A DNA stretch of 36,279 bases from Chiloscyllium plagiosum (taxonomy: Eukaryota). The DNA lies in the NCBI RefSeq assembly GCF_004010195.1, contig NC_057720.1:22032207-22068485 (forward strand), given 5' to 3'. How positions within the stretch are numbered: the first letter of the stretch is position 1; every line of letters starts with the position of its first letter. Position numbers and translations under genes: made by a program. Below are positions 23,600 to 35,061 of this stretch, piece by piece. The notes under the pieces were generated by a model, which worked only from the letters and a program-made list of their open reading frames with translations, ran no database searches and was not told the DNA's origin.

Positions 23600-24816
23600 A
23601 GGATGTAATTAAGTATGGCTGGAGGCATGGCAAATACACCCAAGACGAACTTCACCCCTTGTGACAGTCATTTTTGTTGATTTGCCTTCCCTGTTGGAAA
23701 CCACCCAATTATTGATCTGTCTTTTAACAAAATCAAAGCACTTCTGTTCCTTTGAACAATGCCACTTGGACAAAGTTTGACCTCAGCTGTTGGAGCCTGA
23801 CTGATATGGTGCCTGTGTTCTGTTGATCCTGGAGTCAGAACTGCAAGCCTTTATTCAGGGTGGGCAGGTCAGGAGCCCTGTGACACTGGAGGCCTGAGCT
23901 TGGTCCATCTTATAACATACCTTCTACTGGTATACTTGTTCCGGCTCCTGCAACATAACAATTGGTGTTCATGCCTGAGAAAGGGAAATACGTGAGATTT
24001 GTAACCTTTGACTCATCAGCAGTTGGCATTGGATGATGCCATTCTGAAGTAGTCTGGGGCAGTGGTTGAGGAGCTTTGGATGAAAATCATCATTCCTTCT
24101 TGGGAGGTTTCTTTTTATTCCCTGCACCCTTCTCTCCATTTCACAGCAGAGAATACCTTGATCAATGAATAATGAGGGCAAATCTACAAGAGGCAGTAAA
24201 GAATTGGAAACAGGGGCAGTGTTAAATTGTGATCCATTACTGGAGAGTACACCAGGGATTCCATGTTGAAAGCCTGCATTTCAAAAAGGAACATCACAAC
24301 CTCTGAGGTGGATTGATTGAACTCCCATCTTTCAATCTACCAGAAACAATTGTCAACCATGATGAGGAAAAGGTTCCCTTGAATTTGACGAAATCAGTAC
24401 CAAGGCTTTCTCTAGGCCTAGCTGGAAAAAAAGGAAGACAAAGAAGATGGTTCCTTCATGTCTATGAGTAGCTCAGTTGGAGACTTCCTCAGGAGAACGA
24501 GAAATTCCAGCTGAGGAAGCTCTGATAGGGGGGAACCACTTCATTGCACATCAAAAGGATAATACTGATGTGATTGTGTTGTTCAAAATACTGTTGATGC
24601 ACTGGCTACCTGGGAACATACTCTGACCAACCTACCAAGCAGAACATATGGATTGGCACATACTCTTCATCACATACGGAGCCTCACAAATTCCTGTGGC
24701 ATTATTGTAGGAGGTGGCAAACAGTGAGCTGTTGAGACTGATAAACCTGACCGCTTGAACATATTTTCTGCCCTTCTTGCTTCATGGGATGTTGATGTGC
24801 TTCTTTGGTAAAGGAA
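23600..24816 (-). mobile_element. Decayed Ty3/Gypsy pol remnant (integrase region)
   Basis: Minus-strand collinear motifs QQYFEQHNHISII (24558-24596), FPARPRESLGTDFVKFKG/FLIMVD (about 24350-24430), HGIPGVLSSNGSQFN (24221-24265), EMERRVQGIK..LLN..LQNG..QLLMSQRL, and GIVQRNRSALIL (23728-23763). Confidence 0.75.
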
Positions 24817-24830
24817 AGCTTTCTGGGGAT

Positions 24831-24844
24831 CCAAGATGGTGGCG
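24831..24844 (+). promoter_or_regulatory. YY1-like site of the L1 internal promoter
   Basis: ccaagatggtggcg versus CAAGATGGCG, consistent with CpG decay; lies at the L1 5' end. Confidence 0.55.
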
Positions 24845-25026
24845 TTTTGATAGGTCTACTGTGCTGGGTTCTGCATCATAACCCAAGTGTGCTTTTACCA
24901 AACCCCCTTCCCCGCCTCTCCCCATCCCCCACTAGCCATCTATATGAAAAATTGGGAAAACAAAGTAAAACAAAAGCCCTAGAACCTTTTAAATACTGAT
25001 CCTCACGTGTTGGGAAGAAGACGAAG

Positions 25027-25790
25027 ATGATTAAAGGAAAGGGAGTGTGAAGATCCCCTACCATGTCGGGCTCATCTGCAGCTGTGACCCCGACTCCTGC
25101 AGCGGTGTCTTTGAGCCCATCAGAGCAACAGGTCTCAATCTTGAAGTTTGTGAAACTCTGAGAGAACCAAGCTCTGCCACGCTAGAAAAGTGCGAGCAGG
25201 AGATCCACATGCTTGATCGACACGTCGAGGTGGTCGAACGAAGGACTGCAGCAGAGAATTTGGAGGGGAGGCCCTGCTAGACCAGGTTGACGACCTTGGG
25301 AATCGAGGTCAAGGGAAGAACTTGCAGATAATCGGGATCCCAGAATGTGAAGAAGGTGAGACCCTGGTCAGCTTCCTGGAGCAGTGGTTCCCACAGTTCC
25401 TGGGGCTGGGAGTCGAGTCGGGCTGGGTGTGTGTAGAGCGGACTCACTGGATTGCGATGCGCAGGTCCAGGTCAGATCAGCATCCCCGCCTGGTCCTAGT
25501 GTGACTCCAATATTACAAGGAGAAGCAAATGATAATGAAAGCCTCCATAAGGCTGGGAAAAGGCTCACAGGCTCTTGTGTATAAGGGGTCAAACATTATG
25601 TTTTTTCAAGTCTTCTCAGGGGCTGTAATCAAGAAAAGGAAATCTTCTGATGAAGTCAGGAAGATGCTGAGAGACTTGAATATTCAATACTTTATGAGAT
25701 ACCTGGCTGTACTGCGCTTCAACCATGGAAGATCTGTTTACAACTTTGACTCAGCAGAGAAATCCAGGGATTTCCTAGACTCTTTGAAAC
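25027..25790 (+). pseudogene. L1 ORF1p (coiled coil, RRM, CTD), disrupted
   Basis: VDDLGNRGQGKNLQIIGIPE, VERTHW, PRLVLV, IMFFQVFSGAVIKKRKS..MRYLAVL; stops and frameshifts. Confidence 0.85.
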
Positions 25791-26422
25791 AGATGGTCTG
25801 GGTCAGAAAAAAACTATGGACAATGGCATATCCTTTGCTCTCTTAGTTGTTGGTTTCATATGCTTGGTATTGCTTTGATGTAACATTCCTCTTTTTTGCT
25901 AATTTCTGTTATTCCCTTGTTGCCTCTGGGTATGGGGTGATTATCTCTTTTATTAAAAACAAATGGGGTTGACGTATGGAGGGGATAGGTTGGGCATCCA
26001 TTTTTAATTTTTCACGTGTGTAAATAATAAGTTTTCTTTGTCTCTGTACTGCTTGGTTTTGGGGCACAGCTTTAGCTGGAAGGAACCATGATGGTTGTAA
26101 GGATTTGTATGAGTGCCCCCTATGGACGAGGGGAGAAATCTCCAGTTATTTGTTGTTTGTGTGCTTAGTTGTTTAATTTAAGAGTAGTGGTTAGATTTTT
26201 AGTCTTTATGGTATCTGTAGTGATAGTTTTTAGATTTTATAAGTCCTGTTTTTTCTCCATTCAGAACACCATGAGTAAGCTTCTTCTCCTCGGGGGTCCA
26301 TGGGATGCTTTGGATGGTTATGGCTAATGGTTCATTTAGATGGTGCACCTGGAACATAAAGGGGAGTCATGCCCCAATCAAAAGAAAGAAGGTGCTCTCA
26401 AACCTCAGAAAGAAGAAGATTG

Positions 26423-26755
26423 TGGGCAGCACGGTGGCACAGTGGTTAGTAATGCTGCCTCACAGCTCCAGAGACCCGGGTTCAATTCCCACCTCAGGCG
26501 ACTGACTGTGTGGAGTTTGCACGTTCTCCCCGTGTCTGCGTGGGTTTCTTCTGGGTGCTCTGGTTTCCTCCCACAGTCCAAAGATGTGCAGGTCAGGTGA
26601 ATTGGCCATGCTAAATTGCCCGTAGTGTTAGGTAAGGGGTAAATGTAGGGGTATGGGTGGGTTGCGCTTCGGTGGGGCGATGTGGACTTGTTGGGCCGAA
26701 GGGCCTGTTTCCACACTGTAAGTAATCTAATCTAATCTACTCAACAAGTAATCTA
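26423..26755 (+). mobile_element. V-SINE (HE1-like) inserted in the L1 endonuclease
   Basis: Full head, V-domain and (TAATC)n tail; splits LRKKKI|DIALLQET; short duplication attg at 26419-26422 and 26756-26759. Confidence 0.93.
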
Positions 26756-28304
26756 ATTGACATTGCTCTGCTACAAGAAACATACTTGAATGACAAGGAA
26801 CATTTGAAATTACAGCATGGAGGGTTTGGTTGGGTATTCTTTTCCTTTTTTGATTCTAAAAGCAGAGGAGTGGCCCTACTAGTACAGAGGAACCTCTCAT
26901 ATCACATATAGACTAAATTAAGGACATACAAGGGCGGTTTATCATCTTCAAGGCCTTAATACGCAAGGAAGAGTATGGCAAACTGAATGTCTACTGCCCC
27001 CGGCACATCCCCTTAATGTCTTAATTGTCACATTCTCCAAATTGGTGGCTCTTGGATTATGCCATATGATTACAGGAGGAGACTTCAACCATTTCATGGA
27101 GCCTGAGGTGGACAGAATGCCATTGGGTTTCTTGGTATCTCCCCGCAATCCAGACAGTTGGTGGACTTATGTGGGGAGTTGGAGTTGGTGGATGTCTAGA
27201 GATGTCTCCACCCTAATGGTAGGGACTTTCCCTTTTACTGCAAATCGCACAAGCACCACACAAGAATTGATATATTCTTTGTTCCATCGATTTCTCTGAA
27301 TTCGGTGTTATCCTGCAGGATTGGGAATATAGCCATTTTGGACCATGTGGCAGTATACTTAAATGTTAAGATCAGAGGTAATGGAATAGATTCATGGCAT
27401 TGGTGCATGGATCAATTACTTTTGAAGAAAAGCAACTTTATAGAATACTTCACAAGGGAGTTTAGGGCCTTCTGGGACATTAACTCTGGTACGGTCAGTA
27501 ACCCATTGATGCTTCAGGAGACCACTAAGGCTTATTTAAGGGGCTTAATTATTCCTTACTCAGCAACTAGGAAGAGACAGAGAGGAGAGCAGCAATGTAT
27601 GCTTGAGGCCCGGTTGAAGGCAGCCGAATCGGTATATCATGATAGACTGTCCGTAGCTAAGTTACAGTGGGTCACAGCTCTCCAGGCTGCTCTGAATTCA
27701 GTACTTACCCAGGCAGTGAAGAGAGAGGTCTCCTTTGCGAAGTAAAAGTTATTTGAATATGGGGATAAGCTGGGTAGATACCTGGCATATTTGGCCAGCA
27801 AGTAAAGTGCCCCACAGTCCATTGTGTCCATTAGTGTGAGAACTGGTACTATCACTCGCGAGTCTAACAAAGTTAATGCAATATTCAGGAAATTCTACAC
27901 AGAGTTATACTGGTCAGAGAGTCATGAGGATGGAGTAGCAAGGATAGAATTCTTCTTTGAGAATCTGGACCTTCCAGGTTTCAATGCAGAGCAAGCCCTC
28001 CTTTTGATTGCACTCTTAACAATACAAGCGATATAAGAGGCGGTAAGGCAACACCAAAGTGGCAAAGCACCTGGCCAGGATGGGTTTCTGAGCAGGTTCT
28101 ACTAAGAGTTCATGAACATATTGACCGAGCTAATATTGGATATGTACAATCATTCATACAGCTAGGACTGCCTTCCACCCTCTCTTAGGGAGGCCAATAT
28201 CGTCCTTATTCTAAAGAGAGAGAAAGATCCTGAGGACTGTGCCTTGTATAGACCTATCTTGCTGCTGAATGTAGATTTCAAAATCCTGTCCAAAACGCTA
28301 GTTT

Positions 28305-28570
28305 TAGATTAGATTACTTACAGTGTGGAAACAGGCCCTTCGGCCCAACTAGTCCACACTGACCCTCCGAAGAGCAGCCCACCCAAACCCAATTCCCTAC
28401 ATTCGCCCCTTCACCTAACACTATGGGCAATTTAGCATGGCCAATTCACCTAATCTGCACATTTTTGGACTGTGGGAGGAAACTGGAGCACCCGGAGGAA
28501 ACCCACGCAGACACGGGGAGAATGTGAATTGTGAGGCAGCAGTGCTAACTACTGTGCCACCGTGCCTCCC
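28305..28570 (-). mobile_element. V-SINE variant with a deletion of the B-box region, inserted in the L1 RT
   Basis: rc tail tagattagattac; the jump gagaatgtg|aattgtgaggcagc removes the B-box segment; splits KILSKTLV|MENVLP. Confidence 0.9.
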
Positions 28571-29053
28571 ATGGAGAATGTACTGCCCACTATCATAAAG
28601 GAAGACCAGACAGGTTTTATTAAGAGGCGTAACTCTTCCAATAATAGCAGGAGAGTGTTGAATATGGTACAGGTATGTCAGCGGAGGTCAATTCCGGGCT
28701 TGGTGGTCTCCTTGAATGCGGAAAAGCCATTTGACTGGGTGGAGTGGCTGTATCTTTTTGGTGTCCTGGAACGTTTTGGTCTTGGGGGAGGTGCTTTCAC
28801 TAGGCTGGTGGTAGTGCTGTGTAACGACCTTATGGAGGCGGTCCTTATGAACGGCATAAAATCAGACAACTTTAGCATTGAGAGAGGCAGCTGACAAGGG
28901 CGTCCTCTCTTGAATTTCACCTTAGTAATTGAACCGTTGATGGAGGCTATTTGGAAAGACTCTGAAATAGTTGCCCCAAAGGTAGGAATGAGTGAGCATA
29001 AAATCACTCTCTACGCTGATGATGTTCTTCTCTTTGTGGCTAACCCGGAAAAG

Positions 29054-29176
29054 AAGGGCTTTTGCCCGAAACGTCGATTTTGCTGAAGCTCCTCGATGCT
29101 GCCTGAACTGCTGTGCTCTTCCAGCACCATTGATCCAGAATCTGGTTTCCAGCATCTGCAGTCATTGTTTTTATCT
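29054..29176 (+). mobile_element. Solo PLE terminus (123 bp) inserted just after the L1 YADD, 8-bp TSD
   Basis: Starts inside the hammerhead motif (aagggcttttgcccgaaacgtc) and ends with the 36-nt tail; TSD cggaaaag at 29046-29053 and 29177-29184. Confidence 0.9.
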
Positions 29177-30959
29177 CGGAAAAGTCTGTACCCCAGTTAA
29201 TACAAAAGATTAATTTATTCGGCATGTTGTCAGGGTATAAAATTAACTTTACAAAATTGGAAGCCATGCCCATGAGGGGACTTGGTGGGAGTGCCTGACC
29301 TGGAGGATGGAGCACAATTTCCTTTCCAGTGGCCACAAAAGGGTTTTCTTCACTTGGGTAATTTTATTATCCTCTGTTTTCCACCAGCTATTTACAGCTA
29401 ACTTTCTGCAACTGTTTGAAAGAATAAAACAAAATATTCAGCATTGGCAGGGGTTATCAATATAATGGTTAGGCCAAATAGCCCTGATTAAAATGAATGT
29501 TCTTCTTCGGCTACTGCACCCCATGAGAATGCTCCTGTTGTTATTGCCCAGACGAGTGCATCACAAACTCAGTGGCTGGCTTGGATCCTTTATTTGGTGT
29601 CATAGGCACCCTCTTATTAAATGCACCAAGCTGCAACTTCCATAGGGTATTGGGGTGCAGATCTCCCAGACATTAAGTGGTAGCAAATATGCGCCCTATT
29701 GTCCTATGTGAGTGATTGGGTGTGGAAGGATCCGAGATTGATATGGCTTGATATTGAGGCCTCCCAAGCAAGGTGACCCCCTTCCTTAATTTGCTGTTTA
29801 TGGATGGGATGAAATCTGCTGCTCAGCATTGGAGAAGCCCGATTATTATAAACACGGTTGAAGCATGGAGGATGATGCGGCAGGGTGAGGGTAACCTGCA
29901 TAAGACCTCACCATTTACCCCCTCAGTTGGAGCCCCAGGATTCAGGCCAGGGTCAATGGATTCCAGCTTTAAAGCATGGGAGGTCAATGGAGTCTCCTAT
30001 TTGGGAGACCTATTTGAGGGAGAGGTCCTGATGTTCTTTGACCAGCTAAGTCACGAATAGGGCTACCTAGTAGGAACCTCTTCCATTACTTTCATATTAG
30101 GGATTATATACAGAGAAGGACCATGCTTTTAACTCAGCCCTACAAATCCAACATGGAGAGAAGAGTGGTCCAGTGCATGGGCACTCTTGGTCAGTACTCT
30201 ATACCATTTACAGAGAGGGGGCACTTTGGAGGATATGGAAAGACTCTACTGAGTCTGAAGTTGGGCACTAGGGGTAGATATTTAATCTGAAACATGGGAG
30301 GATATATAGGAGAATGTAAAAAAGATCTTGATATGCAATAAAGCGCAGGCAATGCAGTTGAAGGTTCTCCACAGAGCCCATATGGCCCCAGCGCGATTAT
30401 CAAAATTCAAGAAAGGAGCATCTCCAGGGTGCCCTAAATGTAAAACAAGCACTTACACCCTTATACATTGTCTGTGGTCATGTCATAAGGTCATTAGGTA
30501 CTGGGGTGCCATAGTGAATGAGATGGAGGAGATCCTGGGAATTGAAGTTAAGGCAGATGCGGTAATCCCTGCTTTTGGGACTGCCAAATCTGCCTTCATT
30601 AGATGAACATGGGAAGAGATTATTCAACATTCTCACGTATTGTTCAAGGAAGAATATTTTAATGAGCTGGATCTCAGAACCCCCCCCCCCAGGGTCTCAT
30701 GAGGTGGCGTAGATTTGTGATGAAGCACATTCCCCTGGATTTTCTTATGAATGTGCTGCACCCGGAAATGGAACTATTCTATGAGATGTGGTGACCCTTT
30801 TAAAATTACATAGACTTGTCAGCCATATTGACCAGGGCCTTTATATAGTAGTGAAGGTCTAATCTGGCAGTCCGGGGGCCTTGGGGGGAGGAGGCTTGAA
30901 TAATTACAGGTATAATAACTGATGCTCCCATGGATAGGAACTTCAGTGTGTTGAGTGGT

Positions 30960-31090
30960 GTAATTTAAATTAATTTAATTTAATTTAATTTAAGTTGGTT
31001 ATATCTAATCTGACCTAATCTAAGTTCAGTTAGGTTAGTCTAGTATAATTTAAGTTAATTTAAACTAATTTGCTAAGTTCAATTATTTAT
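30960..31090. repeat. Degenerate pentamer (TAATT/TAAGT)n tract in the L1 3' UTR
   Basis: taatttaaattaatttaatttaatttaatttaagtt... Confidence 0.7.
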
Positions 31091-31829
31091 TGAATTGTTA
31101 ACGTGAAAGATTGTTCCATACCTTTGTGATAGTTTTGGTTTGTTTTGTAAAGTAGTACGTTTATTGTTAATGTATTTGTAACATCAGATTGTTATATCGC
31201 CTTTTGTAGTTTTATAATTTTGTAAAAAATAACCTTTTTCAAAAAGAATAGCTTTCCGAGGTGAGGGCTGAACGTTTATCCACCTGTACTGCTTCATTGC
31301 ATCATCCTGAGTGGCTGGTAAGATAGTGGTTGTCACTTTTTCAGGGCAGTTGCCACATTAATGCTCTGGCACACTGACAACTCTGTCCCCTCTCTGGCAA
31401 CTCTGCTGCTGGTTGGTTTGTCCAGGCCCCTGTAATTTCCATAGAGACTCCATAATTCCCATAGGTGAGTTAAAGCAGAATGCATAGCTCACCCAAGCCA
31501 CCATTAGCCTCTCATGGTTTGTTGGATGGTGATCGGGTTATTGTTGTGGTAGGACTTTCCCTGTTGCTTGATTTACTGCATCCTTTAAGATGAACAGCTC
31601 AGGGTCTCTCTCTCACTCTCTCTCTCTGCAGTTCAGTATCCACAGCACGAGCGGTTTGGGTTGTGCCTATTCTGAGTTTTGCTGCTCTTGCTTACAGCTT
31701 TATTGTAGGAGTGCAGCCTCTCCTGGTCACCATTATTTAAAAGTATTTATGCTGGTAGTGGATACCATCAGGTCCCCGTATGTTCCAGCTTGCCCAGGGG
31801 ATAGCAAGGTTGCATGTGTGTTGTTGTAG

Positions 31830-31868
31830 ATTAGATTAGATTAGATTACTTACAGTGTGGAAACAGGC
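31830..31868 (-). mobile_element. 39-bp V-SINE 3' tail fragment flanked by an 82-bp perfect direct repeat
   Basis: attagattagattagattacttacagtgtggaaacaggc is the rc of the SINE 3' end; repeats at 31748-31829 and 31869-31950. Confidence 0.9.
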
Positions 31869-32329
31869 TATGCTGGTAGTGGATACCATCAGGTCCCCGT
31901 ATGTTCCAGCTTGCCCAGGGGATAGCAAGGTTGCATGTGTGTTGTTGTAGTCGAGGCTTTAGATGAGGTCTTTAATTGGACAGTTTATAGAAATAATGGA
32001 AATGGTCACAGAAATGCTTGGTGCATTGAGAAGCCAGCCAGCCTGTCAAGAAGCATCGAGCAATTTGACCTCGTGTGCACAGGACTCTATTCTCTGTGTT
32101 ACTTTGCTTCATCTCTCTATCAGGCTGCAAGCCACTGGGGGTAGAAGCTATAACGTGCATGACTGGGAACAGGTAATCTGAGTAGCACCGTTGAAGTGAG
32201 AATCAAGCTCTTTACCATGTGCACACCACTGCTGGCAGCCTGCCCTGGAATTGCTGTTATGCTTTTCTCCAGCTGAAAAATTGCTAAAACCTGAGTTAAA
32301 TAAAGTAACTTTCAAGGGGCGATGATTAG

Positions 32330-32525
32330 ATTTTTCTTTTGTTGGAAGTGGTCATTGTCTGCACTTCTGTGGCTCTACAACCATTTCCTTCCTTCATGGA
32401 GTCATCCAATCCAGTGGAGAGATTTGCCTGGACTCCTATTGATCCCAGTTTTGCTCAAACTCCTTGATTCCACACTCAGTCAAATATTACCTTAATGTCA
32501 AGGGCAGTCACTCTCACTTCACTTA
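32330..32525 (-). mobile_element. Old non-LTR RT fragment (CR1/L2 group)
   Basis: rc EVRVTALDIKVIFD*VWNQGV*AKL. Confidence 0.7.
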
Positions 32526-32554
32526 TCATTCATAACACTTGCATTTTATTCCAT

Positions 32555-32640
32555 AGTCATTTAACTAATTGAATTTAAATCCCTCTCTGCCATGTTGGGA
32601 TTTAACCTTATCCGTCAATTAGTTCAGGCCTTTGGCTATG
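32555..32640 (-). mobile_element. Decayed head fragment of the 9353-9640 SINE family
   Basis: ttgaatttaaat..tgccatgttgggatttaacc parallels 9545-9585. Confidence 0.45.
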
Positions 32641-33189
32641 TCATATCCATAACTTGTAACTTTTCTCTTTCTGGAATCTGTACAATGTTAATTATATCAC
32701 AGTGCCTGTCAAAACTGGATCCATTGACATGTTTTCAGTGCTCCACAGAATGCATTTGTATCTATTATCGACATCTTCCACGTAAATAACATTCAGAATT
32801 AACTTCCCACTTTGGATGTGCACTTATCAGACATGTATTTAATTTGAAACATCCATCACAACTTGGCTGAAAATACAAGTAATAGCAAGTTGTTTTCGTG
32901 CATTTTTCTCCAAATGTATAAATTACACATGAACAACAATATTTTCCATAATTAGGCCTCCTTTTATCAAAATGCAATGTTCCACAGTGTTGAGAGATTT
33001 GTACATTTACAGGTTCTAAAAATGGCTGGATAAAGCCAGATAAAATTAAGTAATGATGTGAATTTAAATTTCAAATTTCACAAGCTCATAATGTTCCAAA
33101 GCAATTTACAGTCAATGGAGTACGTTTTGAATGTAATTATGATTACAATATGGAAAAGATAAGATTAAGGTTAAGAAACTAGCTGACGG

Positions 33190-33420
33190 GTAAGAACTAA
33201 TAAGCAGATCAATAACAAAGTTCTGCCAGAGTGGGGGATATGTGCAGTCCCTCAGTGTTCACTGTTGGGACCACTGCTATTTCCATAGTACACAAATTAC
33301 CTTGATTCAGAAACTCAATGCAAAGTGGCCAGATTTGCAGATGATAACAACTAGAAGGGAATGGAAGGCGTAAACTTGAAAATTGCAGAATATAGGGCTT
33401 AGTGGAAGAAAGTGTACATA
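33190..33420 (+). mobile_element. Old CR1 RT fragment
   Basis: LLGPLLF..NYLDS..VARFADDN. Confidence 0.7.
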
Positions 33421-33460
33421 CAGGAAGGAAAAACAGATGACACTGTTAATGCACAAATTG

Positions 33461-33620
33461 TAAAGCAGAATACTAAGAATGCAGAAATTCTGAAATAGAC
33501 ACATAAAATATTGGAAATACTCCAAAGTCAACAGCATCTCTGGAGAGAGGACTGTGTTAAAGTTTCAGGTCAATAACCTTTCATCCAAACTGAGGAAGGT
33601 AGAGATGTAATGGGTTTGAG
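33461..33620 (-). mobile_element. Old PLE pseudo-LTR remnant
   Basis: rc ggatgaaaggttattgacctgaaacttt..agatgctg..gagtatttcca; stem aggt..acct retained. Confidence 0.6.
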
Positions 33621-34199
33621 AAAAGGGTGTGTGGGACAAGTATTACAAATATCTTGTTTACTGTCTATTTTTTGTTGTTTAGTTTTTAAAGTTTAAACTA
33701 TTTTAAAGTTTAAGGTTGGAAAATGGGATAAATGCGATTGAAGCACCCTAAAGTGTGGTGCACTTAAAAAGTTGGGGTCATTGTTGCTTTAAGAGATTAA
33801 CAGCCCGGAAGACAAATTGAAATGCTGGGTATTAGAGGTTATTAGAACATCTTTAAAAGAAAACAGTTCAGAGAGTTAACCAAGTATGTTTAATAAAATC
33901 AGAGCAGAAGAGAAGTCAGACTCTCCATCTCCTCTGTGCCTGCCACTATCAAACCTGTGAGAAATCAAACTGAGGAAGGTGGTCGTGTATCTGAGCAGGA
34001 CACACTCAGCCTGTCTGGGACCTGTAGGCACAGATATTCTTGGGAGGCCTTAACAAAATCCCAAGGTCAACAGGGTCCGGTATAGGGATGGCTCACAGCA
34101 TCTCAGCTGTCGACTCCAGGACTGCATTTGGAATGAAAGGAAGACTGCCCAATAAAAACACTTGGATGGCATGGATGACATTTCATCGCCGATAACTTA

Positions 34200-34690
34200 G
34201 CAAGATTTACAAGGATGTTGCCAGCTTTGGAGGATTTGAGCTATAGGGAGAGGTTGAATAGGCCAAGGCTGTTTTCCCTGGAGCATCGGAGGCTGAGGGG
34301 TGACCTTATAGAGGTTTACAATATCATAAGAGGCATGGATAGGACAATTAGACAAAGACTTTTCCCTGGGGTGGGGGAGTCCAGAACTAGAGGGCATAGG
34401 TTTATGGTGAGAGGAGAAAGATATAAAAGAGACCTAAGGGGCAACTTTTTCATGCAGAGGGTGGTACATGTATGGAGTGAGCTGCCAGAGGAAGTGGTGG
34501 AGGCTAGTACAATTGCAACATTTAAAAAGCATATGGATGGGTATATGAATAGGAAGGGTTTGGAGGGATATGGGCCAGGTGCTGGCAGGTGGGACGAGAT
34601 TGGGTTGGGATTTCTAGTCGGCATGGATGAGTTGGACCGAAGGGTCTGTTTCCGTGCTCTACATCTCTATGACTCTTTGACTCTATAACT
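34200..34690 (+). mobile_element. CR1 3' end (same subfamily as 1-375 and 12731-13915)
   Basis: ORF 34215-34688 encodes the CR1 ORF2 C-terminus; ctctatgactctttgactctata tail. Confidence 0.93.
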
Positions 34691-35061
34691 ATGAGAATGA
34701 AGTTGGAGAGGTTAGCCATCCTTAACAATACATGATGTTCTCACACTGTCTGTGCAATAGCTGTCTTTTCACCAGTGCCTAGACTAGCATGAAACTTTGT
34801 TGTGATTGAATAGGGAAGCGTCAGATATTGTGGAGACTTCAATCCATTTATAACCTCAACTTTTGTTAAACAGCATGAACCACATAGAAAGATCAAAGTG
34901 TTAACCTGAACTTACAGTTGGGATTATACAGGGAATGTTGGCCTCAACAAAGTAAAACATTTACAGTCAATAAAAAATGATTTCAGCTAACTCAAGTCCA
35001 TTGAATGAGGTTCACAAGGACATTCTGTCTGTGTCGCTCTGGCCGATGGGTTCTCTGCTGT

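Larger units (their letters stand above)
26320..30848 (+). pseudogene. L1 ORF2p (APE endonuclease, RT, CCHC), disrupted
   Basis: TWNIKG, IALLQET, GGDFN, ILDH, KAPGQDG, YRPILLLNVDFKIL, DQTGFI, LYADD (YADD at 29012-29023), CPKC..HCLWSC; many stops and frameshifts. Confidence 0.92.
24824..31249 (+). mobile_element. L1-clade LINE, near full length, inactivated, with three nested insertions
   Basis: 5' ggggatccaagatggtggcg (YY1-like), ORF1, T-rich inter-ORF spacer of about 0.5 kb, ORF2 EN-RT-CCHC, AT-rich 3' UTR and short A tail; candidate TSD agctttc(t/c)g at 24817-24825 and 31250-31258. Confidence 0.92.

Noticed and set aside
24000..24110. Harbinger transposase PGSxHD/GDKGY-like motif
   Set aside because: Better explained by the collinear Gypsy integrase motifs on both sides.
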